The position numbers were made by a program, and so were the translations under genes. Shown here piece after piece: positions 1 to 13,463 of a stretch of 64,000 bases of DNA; position 1 is the stretch's first letter; every line of letters begins with the position of its first letter. The notes below the pieces were generated by a model, which worked only from the letters and a program-made list of their open reading frames with translations, had not been told where the DNA came from and ran no database searches. This DNA comes from Octopus vulgaris (taxonomy: Eukaryota): the NCBI GenBank assembly GCA_951406725.2, contig OX597826.1:24118001-24182000 (forward strand), read 5' to 3'.

Positions 1-458
1 AACCAAATCCAGTGGCTAGCCTTCTCCACTGTAGATTGGATATCAGTCATGGTGGTATTGACTTTACGATGAGTTAGGCCTAACGATAACAACAGTCGTC
101 TCACGCTGTGTCCTACAAACCCTCTACATCCGACTTCGATAGGAAAATGTTCTGCTTTCCAGCCTGTGTCTTCACATTCCTCGAGGAGGTTTTCATAACG
201 GTTTAATTTTCGAGCTCGAGCGGCGTCCATATTATCTTCGTGAGGAACCGTTAGCTCGACTATATTTACAATTTTCTTTCTTTCACACCACATCAAAATA
301 TCTGGTTTTTTCAAAACTGGGATGGGAAAGAAAACCTGGCACCCAGGTAAATCTGCAGTTACCTCCCAATAGCCGTTCCACTTTTCATTTTTCTCAGGAA
401 GTTTCTTGGTCTTCTTCTTGAAACGGATCTGCTGACCTGGTCGCACGAAGGTAATGAA
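1..458 (-). mobile_element. 5'-truncated non-LTR retrotransposon, C-terminal restriction-like endonuclease domain (HERO/NeSL/R2 group); runs off the window
   Basis: Stop-free frame 458->3 translated by hand: ...KKPDILMWCERKKIVNIVELTVPHEDNMDAARARKLNRYENL...GWKAEHFPIEVGCRGFVG...ASHWIW. It has the PD..ELTVP..K..RY..EVG.RG motifs of restriction-like endonucleases. Confidence 0.85.
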
Positions 459-459
459 C

Positions 460-614
460 TTGTGTGTGTATGTATATATACACACACACATATGCATATA
501 TATGTGTGCATACATACACATACACACATATATGTATATATACATGCATATACATACATATATATATGTACAAACATATATACATACATACATTCACACA
601 TATACACATCTGTA
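460..614. repeat. Compound (TA/CA/TACA) microsatellite block, near-identical direct copy at 1662-1815
   Basis: The same ordered interruptions (atgcatatatat, gtacaaacatatatac, tacacatctgta) occur at both sites. Confidence 0.8.
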
Positions 615-875
615 TGAACAGAACACAATTAGAGATTGACATGGACACACACACACACACGGACGCACACATGTGCACACACACACACACTGAGGCAAAA
701 ATCCTTCATAGTTTAAAGACATGAGTGGTAGTGGTATTTATCAGAAATAATTGATTTTATTGGTCAAGTATAAAGATTTCAAATTCAGATGCTCTGGAGA
801 GAAAGGTCCTCAAATTCTGGACCAGAATCTTCCATTGGAGGAAAAGATAGGTCTTCCAATTTCCTTAGTGTAGCT

Positions 876-1389
876 CAGTGGTTCTCAACCATTTTTTGCC
901 TACAGATCCCTGTAATTTCTGTTTTACTTCCCTGGAGCCCCATAGCCATTCAATATTTTAAAAAAGCCTATTATATTTTTTTGGAATTAAATATTATTAA
1001 GGATTGTATAAAAAATTGTTGAAATATTTTTGTGTATTATAGAAATTATAGAAATATAACCAATTTATTGCTTATGAATTTTAACAACAAAACCTTACAT
1101 AGACCCCTGTTGAGAAACACTCTAATACACTCTGTACAGTGTTTCTCAATGATTTTTTTAACTATGGACTTCTTTGTTTCTTATTTTATTTGGATTACCC
1201 CTCATAGTTATTCCATGTTTTAAAAAGCCTATTTTCTATAATTAAATATTATCAAGAATTGTATTATAAAATTTTTTAAATATTTTGTGTACTGTGGAAG
1301 AATGACCAATTTATTACACCTGAACTTTAATTACAAAATCTTCTATGGACCTCACTGAGAGTGATATGTACCCTGGTGGAGAACTACTG
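876..1389 (+). mobile_element. Two adjacent hAT/Charlie-like MITE copies (876-1122, 1137-1389)
   Basis: CAGTGGTTCTCAA...TTGAGAAACAC-type termini and mutually similar interiors. Related copies lie at 47166-47616, ~53820-53982 and ~56670-56796. Confidence 0.6.
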
Positions 1390-2211
1390 TTGTAGCTGAA
1401 TGTCTTATAATAGTTACAAATTAGTCTCTGCAAATGCATAGAAAGAAAAAGAAACATATTTTGGTGAGAGTAAGGCTGGAGATGGAGAAATAATGTGAAC
1501 AGAAAGAAAGAGGGGAGAAATATTAGCCAGTTTAAAGTGGGGAGAGCTTTTGTTTTTGTATTCTTCCATGATTTTTTTTTTGTTTTTTGGTCCATTCGAA
1601 GTCAGTGTTTTGTAAACAACTTGTCAATAACATTATACGCACACACACATATATGTGTATATTTGTGTGTGTATGTATATATACACACACACACACACAT
1701 ATGCATATATATATGTGCATACATACACATACACACATATATGTATATATACATGCATATACATACATATATATATGTACAAACATATATACATTCACAC
1801 ACATACACATCTGTACATATTTGTAGATATGAATAGTTGAAATTAACCAGGTACTTGCATATTTTCATAGACAGGTACAAATGCATATATTAAGCTACAT
1901 ATCCATGGGAGTAGCTGCAACTAAGCTAGTAGTTTGCATGTTCCCTTCCGACACGCAAACAAACACACACACACACTTATATATGTCCTCGCATGCATAG
2001 AACTGCATATTCTCACAGTAAACAACGATATGTATATAAATATTTGTGCATGATATTAAAAAGCATGTAATCTGTATACATGCAAGGATGTGCAAATGCA
2101 TTCATAAACATTCACATTCATAAGTGTACATATGCATGCACATACACACGTCCATCAATGCGTATTCATATGAAAATATTCATATATTCTTATAAACACA
2201 TTCTACTCTTA

Positions 2212-2280
<69 letters not shown>

Positions 2281-2386
2281 ATCTATATATATGTGTGTGT
2301 GTATGTATGTATGTACGTGTGTGTATGTATACACACACACACACATATATATACGTACGTGTGTGTATGTGTATATATATATAGAA

Positions 2387-2420
2387 GAGTTGGACAAAAT
2401 AATGGAAACACCTTAAAATT
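2387..2420. mobile_element. Isolated terminal fragment of the Tc1 element at 38073, fused to a SINE 3' end
   Basis: gttggacaaaataatggaaacaccttaaaatt matches the left terminus of the Tc1 copy (38078-38110). Confidence 0.7.
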
Positions 2421-3942
2421 ACAAAGAATAAATCCTGGGGTCAATTTGCTCAACTAAAGGCAATGCTCCAGCATGGCCGCAGTCAAATGACTGAAACAAG
2501 AATAAAAGAGTAAGTGAATCTAATGGTCTTTGTGTGTGTGTGTGTGTGTGTTTTTTTTTTTTCTTAAATGGCTTACAAACCCCTTCCATGCTTCAATTAT
2601 ATATATATATATAATCATCATCAAGTAGCATCTCTTTTCCATACTGGCATGGGTTAGACAGTTTGACTGAGGCTAGTAAACTAGAGAGCTGCATCAGGTT
2701 CCAGTCTGATTTGGCTTGGTTTCTATAATTGGATTCTCATCCTAACACCAGTCATTGCAAGAGTACAGTGGGTATCTTTTTTACATGTCACTGGCACTAT
2801 CTACAACTAAGATTTCACTTAGCTTGATGACACTTCTCAAGCACAGCAAATCTCCAAAGCTCTCAATCACTTGTCATTGCCCAACATTCATAGATCATGT
2901 CTCACCACTTCATCCCATGTCTTCCTCTTTTTACTAATGAAAGAATCCAGTACTTCTCATATACTCAAATTTATATATTTGGGGCTGTCTGGACTTCAAG
3001 TTTCATCTCATGCAGTTCATTCAACCATTCTGGTTCATTAACCCTTTTGGCATTCAGATTACTCTGTCAAATGTAATGCTTTTTGATTCATATTGTTTTG
3101 AATTAATCATGCATTGCCTCATAGCTTTAAGATTTTGACGATGTGATTGGTCATTTTAAGAATGACATTGTAGGGTAGGTGTGAGAGTCCACAATATATT
3201 TGGTGGCTACAGCTGGTTTAAATGCTAAGCAGTTAAGCTGCAAGAGAAAAATCTTGACATCTCAGCCAACCCAGTATCATCATCTTTTAACGTCTGGCAC
3301 CAGTCAAGTGGCACTGGTATCAATCACACTCGACTGGTGCTTTTTATGTGCCACCAGCACAGTTGCCAGTCAGGTAGCATTGGTATCAGTCATGCTCAAA
3401 TAGTGGATTTTTCATGCCACCGGTATGGGTGCTAGTCAGGTGGCACAAGCATCAGCCACATATACATATATTTAACAGTGTGTTTGTATATATAACAATG
3501 TTTCTATAATAAATAAATTTGTATACCATTGAATAGTGTTTAGCTCTATTTTAAATTTATTTCTCTCCTCCAACCATTTTCTAGATCTTAACATTCCATC
3601 ATCTGTGGCAAATGGTTAGTCCAAAGTTCAGTCTTGTCTGATTCTTTTTCTAAATTCTCACAAATTATTGTTCTCCCCACAACCACCAGCACCACTTTTA
3701 AACTGTCTATAATTTTCTATATTCTGTATGTTTATACTTCTGCCCCTTTCCACCCCACCACACCCCAACCTCCAAGCTTTATTTCTCCATTGTTTCCAAG
3801 GATTCTCTTTCTTCCATTATTCTGTTTATGTAAGTTTGCCAATTTCTCTGTTTATATAGACCACGTATGCTTTCTGTGTTATTGCATAATTTTGCATAAA
3901 CTTGCTTTATTTATCTTAAAATACTGAAAGGTAAAGTTGTAT

Positions 3943-4310
3943 CTGTGTGGTAAGAAGTTTGCTTCCGAACCACATGGTTCCAGGTTCAGTCCCACTCTGT
4001 GGCACCTTGGGCAAGTGTCTTCTACTTCAGCCTCAGGCTGACCAAAGCCTTGTGAGTGGATTTGATAGACGGAAGCTAAAAGAAGCCCATCATGTGTGTG
4101 TGAGTCTATTATCATGTTTATGTTTGTCCCCCACTGCTATTTGACAACTGGTGTTGGTGTGTTTACATCCTCATAACTAGCAGTTTGGCAAAAGGGACCA
4201 AGAGAAAAAGTACCAGGCTTGAAAAAAAGAAATGCGTACTGCGGTCAATTAGTTCAACTAAAAATTCTTCAAGGCAATGCCCCAGCATGGCCACAGATAA
4301 GTAAAAGATA
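3943..4310 (+). mobile_element. tRNA-derived SINE family A copy
   Basis: B box ggttcagtcc, CORE-like ccttgggcaagtgtctt, internal (TG)n and the shared 3' part. Confidence 0.8.
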
Positions 4311-4907
4311 AAAAATAGTACTTGTAGCAGCAGTATTTAGCCCCATCATCTATCTATCTGAATGTTTTAATGTCCTCTATTGCGTTCTTGTGCCGTGTGT
4401 GTGTGTGTGTATGTTTTTGTGTGTTTGTCCTTCCACCATCGCTTGACAACCAATGTTGGTGTGCTTATGTCCCCATAACTTAGTGGTTTGACAAAAGAGG
4501 CCGATAGAGTAAGTACTAGGCTTAAAGAATAAGTCCTGATGTCGATTTATTTGACTAAAAGTCAGTGCTCCAGCATGGTCGCAGTCAAATGACTGAAACA
4601 AGTAAAATAGATATCTTTTACTTGTTTCAGTCATTGTGCCTATACTAGGGTACCACCTTGAAGGTTTTGTCAAACAAATAGACTCCAGTGCTTTTTTTTA
4701 AGTCTCTTTTACCAAAATGCTAAATTACAAGTTCGTAAACAAAGCAACACTGGTTCTGAAGTAGTGGTGGGGGCACAGACAAAGACTCCTCACACACATA
4801 TGTGTGTGTATAATATACAGACACACACGCGTACACATAAGTAATGAACAATGAGAATGAGTGCTCAGCACCACATTGGTAGATAAAGATTCTTTATTTA
4901 TGTAATA

Positions 4908-5466
4908 CTAGCAGTATCGCCCAGCGTTGCTTGGGTTTGTAAGGGAAATAACTATATAAGCATTTTTAGAGAGTTATAGCCAAAAAATAGCAAAAAAAAT
5001 GCATTAAAAATGGAAAAAAAATTATGGTAAATTTTTTTTTAAATCGTTGACTCATCGTAGACATTTTCTGTTTTGGTGTCTTCAAGCCATGAAGTCGTTG
5101 TTCTAAAAGAACGCTGGTCTCCTTGACAACGCTTTACGACGTTGATTTCCTTACACTCCCTTCCCCACAGCTTCACGAGGGAGGGAAGAAGGGGGAGAAG
5201 CAACACAGGTGTGAGCGTGGACGCCAACTCCGCCGCCATCGACACACGAAAAATTATGCATTAAAATGGAATAAAAAATGATGTTAAATTATTTTTTAAA
5301 TCGTAGACTCATCGTAGACGCACGCTAATACCCAGACGGGCTCAATATGAATCACGACTATAAGATACCCGAATTTGGTTAAACTGCACCGCAAAATGTG
5401 GGAGGAGTTAGGAATCTAAATTGAAGGGGACAGACACTCACACAACTACAGTTTTATATATATAGA
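4908..5466 (-). mobile_element. Non-autonomous Helitron
   Basis: On the minus strand it starts TC (A|TCtatatatataaaac) and ends CTAG|T, with a GC-rich imperfect hairpin cccaagcaacgctggg just upstream of the end. It sits between A and T with no TSD. Confidence 0.8.
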
Positions 5467-5794
5467 TGTGATTGGCTTGAAGAAGTATTGCGATATTTTC
5501 TTAACATGAAACCACTGGCAACCTTCATACACAAAAGGAATGTATATACACACACACACAAACATATGACAGGCTTTCACACACTTCCCATCTACCAAAT
5601 TACTCACAAGGCATTGATCATTCCTGTTCTATAGTAAAAGACACACTTGCCCAAGGTGCCACATGCTGGGATTGAACTCAAAATCACGTGGTTGCAAAGT
5701 GAGCTTCTTAATCACACAGGCTTGCCTGAGCCTATATGCTATCAAAGTAATTTTTTTCTCCAGTTTTATATATATATATATATATATATATGTA

Positions 5795-5999
5795 CTTTAT
5801 TAAAAAGCAGCAAAAAATTGCAAAAACTGTTAGTTTCACGTTCCCATTTGTCAGACAGTTTTGTTTGACGAATGGGAACGTGAAACCCTCAGTAACAGTT
5901 TCTGTGATATTTTCTTGCTTTTTAATAAAGCATATTACTCTACTTCTTGTATTTGAGTACTATCTTTGTCACCTTGTTTCGCATTTATGTGCTTACTCT

Positions 6000-6001
<2 letters not shown>
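5795..6001. mobile_element. Fold-back insert in (TA)n with two decayed hammerhead motifs (Penelope-like/retrozyme type)
   Basis: Inverted arms 5795-5857 and 5862-5930 plus a tail. Plus strand reads tgt TTGACGA atg-ggaa-cgt GAAAC cctca GTA aca; the minus copy has CTGACAA. Confidence 0.6.
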
Positions 6002-6036
<35 letters not shown>

Positions 6037-6229
6037 TTGTTAATCGAAGTATACATTCACTCATATGTTAAATAGAGTGTGAAATCCATGTCATGATTTT
6101 GTCTAAACAGCTATTTTTATTGGACCTAAAATGAATTATGAAATACAATGAAGTAGGGTAACAGTGACCTAGTCATAAATTTAAGACAAACATCTTTGAT
6201 CATTATCGTCATCATCATCATCCTTGATG

Positions 6230-6260
<31 letters not shown>

Positions 6261-6312
6261 TAATACTCAGCATGTGATTGCAACAAACATACAACAAAAG
6301 TAAATAACTGAA

Positions 6313-6348
<36 letters not shown>

Positions 6349-6744
6349 CTGCTGCTGCTTTAGGGAGAAGGAATAAATAGAAGTGAATATCCCCCTCCCC
6401 CCCACTGGTGGTGCCCCAGCATGGCCACAGCATTAAGGTTGAAACATGTAAAAAGATAAAGAGTAGTAGAGTGTAAGTTTCAAATGACCTCTATGTAACT
6501 GCTTTAGTTTGAACATATGATCTCATTTCATGAATCTTGTCATACGAGTGGCATAAATAAATGACCAGGATAAATTAGCATACATTATAGGATAATATAA
6601 ACACTATGAAAATTTCAGATCATGTCCTTTAAAAAAAGCTAACTACATTAAGATTTGTAGCAGATCAACTAATGCCGTATGGTATGTTAAATTGAAGTCA
6701 TTTGTCAAACCTGCATTCAAAAAAATTTGGCAGTCTCTTTCACT

Positions 6745-6953
6745 CTTTTACTTGTTTCAGTCATTTGACTGTCGCCATGCTGCCGCACTGTCTTTAGTCA
6801 AACAATTCGACCCTGGGACTTATTCTTTGTAAGCCTAGTATTTATTCTATCTGTCTCTTTTGCCAGACCACTAAGTTACAGGGATATAAACAAACCAACA
6901 TTGGTTGTGAAGCTATGGCGAGGGTGACACAGTCACACAAATTCATACATATA

Positions 6954-7019
<66 letters not shown>

Positions 7020-7185
7020 TACACAATGGGCTTCTTTCAGTTTCTGTCTACCAAATTCACTAACAAGGCTTTGGTCAGCCCAAGGCTATAGTAGAAGACA
7101 TTGCTCAAGGTGCTATGCAGTGGGACTGAACCCAGAACCATGTATCTGGGAAACAAGCTTCTTGTCACATAGTCACTCCTGCATG
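6745..7185 (-). mobile_element. SINE family A, full length
   Basis: Reverse complement of the family consensus with an expanded internal (TA)n/(TG)n. Confidence 0.8.
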
Positions 7186-7685
7186 TATCTATAAAATAAT
7201 GCATACCAGTCATGTACTAGGGTTGATTAAATTATCAGTTTCCCTCTCCATTCTCTTTTATGTTCATTATTGTTGCGGCTTGTCTGCTAGTGATCATCAT
7301 TATAAACATCAATTTTTGTTTTAGCATCCACATTTCTGTGCTGGTATGGGTCAGAGTTTATTGGGATAGATTTTCTGTGGTGAGTTGTCCCTCCTGTCAC
7401 CAACCTTCACTTGTGTCTGTGCAAGGTAATGTTTCCCCATGACCAGACATGTTTTTGCATTTTGTTCAAAATGAACAACCCTGCTTGTATGACATTGATA
7501 CTCATTTACAACGATCATTTAACGTCAAGACAAGAAGACAGAAATATACATACACTTACATACATGCATACATAGATATATATATGAAGGTGTAGGGCTC
7601 AGTGGTTAGTTCGTCAGTCTCACAATCATGAGGTAGTGAGTTCAATTTCTGGACCAGGCTGTGTGTTGTGTTCTTGAGCAAGACA

Positions 7686-8076
7686 TCATCATCATCATCA
7701 TTGTTCGACTGTGGTCGAGACAATGGAATTTACTATGTTACGCCAGACTTCACGATCCATCATAGCATTACGGAGGTCCTGTTGCTGGATGCCTGTATCC
7801 CTGGAGATTACATCAGGGTAGGAGAGTGTGCGCCCTCTGGTATTGCGAGTAGATGGCTTCCAGAGGAGAAGAGTAGAAATTACTTCTTTTTCAGCTCTAC
7901 AACAATGTCCAGCAAACTGGACTCTCCTACCTTTCACAAGAGATGACACAGGTGGTAATTTCCCATATATTTGCATTTTGGTTGGATGGCGCTTCCACGA
8001 GAGATTTTGAGCTCTCATAAGGAGGCGAGTGTAGGTTCCATCCAACCGCCTCTCAAGCTTCTTTGATAACGTCCAG
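7686..8076 (-). mobile_element. 3' fragment of an RTE-group LINE with (TGA)n tail, inserted into a family B SINE
   Basis: ORF 7698-8081 (WTLSKKLERRLDGTYTRLL...RRVQFAGHCCR...MMDREVWR) is a typical RTE C-terminus. The host SINE gcaagaca|ctttatttca is split, with gaca on both sides. Confidence 0.85.
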
Positions 8077-8654
8077 GACACTTTATTTCATGTTGCTGAA
8101 GGCTGGCGAACCAGATGGCTGCACCAGGCTTCAATCATGATCTGGCAGAGTTTCTACAGCTGGATGCCCTTCCAAATGCCAACCACTCTGAGAGTGTAAT
8201 GGGTGCTTTTATGTGCCACAGGCGGTACTGGCAATGACCTCGCTCGAATCTTTTACAAATGCCACTGGCACAGGTGCCATATATATACACACACACACAC
8301 ATGCATATTCATTCAGTGAGCTTTTTTCAATCTCCATCTACTAAATCCACTTGTAAGGTTTTGGTCAACATGGAGCTGTAGTAGAAAACACTAACCAAGG
8401 TGGTACATGGTGAGACTGAACCTGAAATCATGAGGTTGAGAAGCAAACTTGACTACACAGACACACAGCCATGACTACACCTGTATTCTATAATCCCTTC
8501 CTTTATTTTACTTATCTTCTAGTTTCACTAAGCTGTGGGCCATGTCGGGGCACTGCCATTCTAAATGCTTTAACCCTTTTGTTACCAGTTTCCCTGACAC
8601 TGCCTCTGGTTCTATGATACAAATTCATGTTTTAAAGTTATCTACCATATTTGT

Positions 8655-11286
8655 TTGCTGGCCTATATAGACTCCTTCTATGATGCTTTACAGGCAGTTG
8701 TTGATCGCATACCCGCAAGTGACATTCTAATCGTTGCAGGCGATTGGAATGCCCGCACAGGACCAAGTAACACCACTAATGACCACATACTGGGACGGTT
8801 TGCGATTGGCAACCAATGCGCCAATGGTGAAAGACTTGTCAATTTCACTGCTGCAAATTATCTTACTGTTTCCAGCATGCGCTTTCAACATCCATGGCAT
8901 CATCTTCTTACATGGTACTCCAATGACAGTGTCACAGCAAACCAGATTGGCCATTTTCTCGTTAGAAGCCGCTGGTCGTCGAGCATCCTTGATTGTTGAA
9001 TGTTCAGAGGCGCAAAAACCGGCAGCGAACATGGTTCCAATCATATATTAGGACGGGCAAAACTACGTCTTCATCTCAAGGCCGTCAAGTCTCGCTCTAA
9101 GCCTTTAAGATACGATATCTTGAAGCTAAAAAGTAACCAGACCGAACATTTATTCCGTATTGAATTAACAAATCGGTTTAACGGGCTCGAAGTCCCTCAA
9201 TCTGCTTCCTCAGATGAAGTCTGGCAAATGGTCAAACACAATCTTCAATCCGTGATGTCCACAACACTCGGCACCACTAAGCGAAAAGACAAAGATTGGA
9301 TCTTGGGCCAAACAATCGAAATTGCTGAAAAAGCAAAACAAGCTCGATGCAACCAATCTGATACCTTCAGACAACTGTGCCGTGAAGCTGCCCGGTCTGC
9401 CCATGCTGATCCAAATAAATTCTAGAGGACAGTGGCTGAAGACATGGAATGCGCCACATCTACTGGGGACTCCCGTAAGCTCTACAGCCTCCTTCGATCG
9501 AGCACAAAGACAGGCTGGAGTGGTAATGAAACCATTTTGGACCAGAATGGCGATTCCATCACCAATCTCACTGAGCGCATCATCCGCTGGAGAGACCATT
9601 TCACCAATCTGCTGAACCATGACCACCAGCCCCCCTTATCTGCTCTTGCGCTCGATGCGACCCCAACCTTGTATAACTGCCGAACAGTTCCCCCTACGCT
9701 TGAAGAGGTCCTTGCTGTTATCAGAAAGCTCAAAAATAACAAAGCTGCCGGCAAAGATAACATTCCTGCTGAGATCCTCAAGCATAGTGCAAATATACTG
9801 GGGCCCGCAATTCATCAAGTTATCACCCGGGTTTGGGATACGGAAATCCTCCCCCAAGACTGGAGCAACACAACACTGGTACCTTTCTTTAAGAAAGGCG
9901 ATAAACGCTGCTGCAGCAACTACCGTGGCATCAGTCTGATTGACGTTTCTGCCAAAATATTTGCATCTATTCTTCTGAGACGATTCCAATCAGAACATGA
10001 CTCTAGAACAAGACCAAATCAGTGTAGTTTCCGTCCAAATCGAGACTGCACCGTTCAAATCTTCACCCTGAGACTAATCCTCGAACACCGTTGGTGCTTT
10101 CAGCCAAAAAACAGTCATCTGCTTTGTTGATTTTGCTGCTGCATTCGACTCCGTCGATCGTGACACCCTCTGGAAGGTCATGCAGGCAGATGGTATCCCA
10201 CCTAAACTTCTCAATCTTATCAAAGCTTATTACCGCTCAACAAGATCCTGCGTACGCGTGTATGGTGAAGTGTCGGAATGCTTCGAAATATGGTCTGGCG
10301 TTTGGCAAGGATGTGTTCTTTCGCCAACTCTTTTCAATTACGCCATCGACTGGATCACCACAAATGCATTAAGGGAGTTCCCTGGTATCACTGTTGGTCA
10401 CAACTTTTTCGTCAAGGATCTAGACTACGCAGATGACATTGCGATACTTGGCGAAACATTTGCTGATCTCCAGTTTGCTATCAATGAGCTCTAGCATGTT
10501 GCATCACAGATTGGTATGAAAGTCAATGCCTTGAAGACCAAAATCCTCAGAGCCGGCTTTGCCCCACCAGACAAAACACCCATTGTCCTCAATGGTGATA
10601 TTCTTGAAGAGGTTGAGAGTTTCAAATACCTTGGCGCCATCATTACAGCTACAGGTCAAGGTGAGGCTGACATTAAAACATGAATCGACCTCGCTTGCCT
10701 TCAACCGACTCAGTGCACGATTCTGGTCAAGATCTGAGATCCGACGCACCACCAAAGTATGGATCTACCAAGCACTAGTACGAACAATTCTTCTTTACGG
10801 CAGCGAGTCATGGCCAATGAGGGTGGAAGATATTAAGCGACTAGAATCCTTCGATCACCTCTGTCTACGGCCGCATCCTTCGTGTCCAATGGCATCACTT
10901 TGTCTCCAACAATTCAGTGTGGCACCAGTGCAGAATCACCTCCCTCCGACAAGTCATCCTAACGAGACATCTGCGTTGGCTGGGTCATGCCCTCCGTCGT
11001 CAACCAGAATTCATCTATGAAGCAATTGCCCCAGCTCCCCTTCAGGGTTGACGAAAGCGATGTGGTGGACAACGAAAAACCTGGCTGATGACAGTCAAGG
11101 CTGATCTGGAACCCAACCTAGGCCCCCATATCTACGGCATTTGCCGCTGGAATAAGGAGTGGTTGGAGATCACGTGGTTGTTAGCCTCAAATCGCCAGGC
11201 CTGGTCAGCGTTTGTGAGAGATGCAGCATTGAGGATGAATGAAGCCAGCTCAACCCACCCCGGGTGAATGCTGTCTCAAGCAAGTA
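8655..11286 (+). mobile_element. Decayed RTE-clade LINE (AP-endonuclease + reverse transcriptase pseudogene), 5'-truncated
   Basis: AGDWNARTG, NGERLVNF, LKNNKAAGKDNIPAE, NYRGISL, QGCVLSPTLFN, DLDYADDIA, LLYGSESW. In-frame stops at 8997, 9423, 10492 and 10681 plus frameshifts; short caag/caagta tail. Confidence 0.95.
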
Positions 11287-12744
11287 CAGCATGTTGTTTC
11301 CAAATTTCTGGTAGAGTGAATTGCATCATGGTGCTATTTTTCTCACAGATGGTTCCCAACTGACCCTACTATACTGTGTTGTTGACAAAATTAAAAACAA
11401 TGTGATTGCGCAAAATTAAAAGTATAAAATGGCAACAATTTACCCATCACACCCTGTATATTATACATATAAAAGTTTATAAATAAATAAATGTGTGCAT
11501 GCTTGTGTGTGTATGTGGATACATATGTGCATACTCACAGACATGCACTTGCTTTTTAGAAAAGAAATTAATAGAAAAGTACTCAATGCATGATGTAGAG
11601 TTTACATTTATTAAAAATCAGTTGACTCTTCACTCCATTGCTACTGAAGAGAAGTGTATTGACAGAGCACCTACTCAGCCACTTCTCATTGATCAAAGTT
11701 ATTCAGCTGATTGAGTATGTAGCTTCTTATGGACACCATTGTCACTTGCTGGATTCCTATGGTGCACAAGCACCCCCAGCTAAATTCATGCATTGGCCTT
11801 AGAATGTTTGGGTGTATGGAAGCTGTCCAGTAGGATTTTGTCTCTAATGTTAACAGCTAGATAATATTTATTACCTTTGGTTGTTTTTATATTAGAAAAA
11901 TTTTTCCATTAGGTACAGCCTGCAGTTTTAGGCTCCATCTAAACATGGAGTGGTTTTGTTGCCTATTTTCCATGTATGTTTCAACCTGTAGTTTTTGATC
12001 TTCCAAATGAATTAGGACAAGGGAGTAAAGTTTTCTTTCTTCTTTGATCTGATCCCTTACTAATAAATATATAATTCTATACTATGCCTTGAGTTTTTTT
12101 TTTGTACAAATGTATCCAGCTTGCCAGCCCTGGTCAGACCATCCAACCCATGCCAGCATGGACAATGGACACTAAATTATGATGATATATATATATATAT
12201 GTCAGTGCAGGCATAGCTGTTTGGATATGGAGAATGTGTTTGTAAGTCCATGTGTATGGTTTTATTCCATGTGTCTTTACAGTTTGAGCTAAAGTAATGT
12301 TTGTTTACATCCTCTGTAAATGTCCTGTAGCTCATTAGTTTTGGAATCTGAAAACCAAAGAAGGACATCTGGCCATAGTAAAACAATCTCAATAGGAATC
12401 TGTTATATGTAGTAGAAGCAGTATCAAATTAAATGTAAATACATTGTTAAAAGGCAAATTTACTGTGGTATCCATCCAAAGATAACTTGTTTTATGGACA
12501 TGCTGTATTGGGTTTTTAAACACATCAGGTCCATGAGAAATGTTATTTCTGGATGAATACCTCAGTAAATTTGCCTTGCAACAATGTATTTATAATATAA
12601 TAAGTATAATATAAAAAAGGCTCCCTCAGTAAGTCTTGCCCAACTTGTGCCAGTGTGAAATAAATGGGAGGTGGAGGGTTGATGGATATGCTATATTAAA
12701 ATGTAGGAACAAAAGATTTTAATTTCTTCTGATGAAACAAAAAG

Positions 12745-13085
12745 CTTGCTTCCCAACCACATGGCTCTGGGTTCAGTCCCATTGTGTGGAACCTTGGGCA
12801 AGTGTCTTCTGCAAAGCCTCAGGCTGACCAAAGCCTTGTGAGTGGCTTTGGTAGACGGAAACTGAGAGAAGCTCATCCTATGTATATGTCTATATATTCT
12901 CTGTGTGTGTCTTTATATGTGTTTGTCCCCCTATCACTGCTTGACAACCGGTGTTGGTGTGTTTATGTCCCCATAACTTACCAGTTTAGCCAGGCTTAAA
13001 AGAATAAGTCCTGGGGTCTATTTGTTCAGCTAAAAGGTGGTGCTCCAGCATAGCTAGTTACATGACTGAAGCAAGTAAAAGACTA
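12745..13085 (+). mobile_element. SINE family A copy
   Basis: Matches the family consensus. Confidence 0.75.
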
Positions 13086-13397
13086 AAAGTGAGTAAAAGA
13101 ATAATGGTAACTTCAACAAAAACAGAACCATATAAATTTCTGTGATACCTAGCCCCTAAAAATAGAAATATATTGAAGCTCAAATAAAGGATATGTCTAG
13201 GTTTGATCTCAGAACCTCAGCTTCCAAAATCAATATGTGCCTAGATTTGAACTATGTGTATTTAGTTTTAGAGTTATGGTCCCATTTCTCTTGATTCTGT
13301 CGAGGCAACACCTCTCTCCTTATAAGTACACACACACACACACACACGCTTTCACATACATTGTGTTAGAAATGAAATTTTTTATTCCATCTTTCCC

Positions 13398-13463
<66 letters not shown>

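Noticed and set aside
3290-3460. Short repeated units resembling a CRISPR array (tgccaccggcac...)
   Set aside because: Degenerate internal repeats of family D in eukaryotic DNA; no constant repeat/unique spacer pattern and no cas genes.
8640-11300. Target-site duplication of the RTE LINE (catatttgttt / catgttgttt)
   Set aside because: Low-complexity imperfect match that cannot be distinguished from chance.
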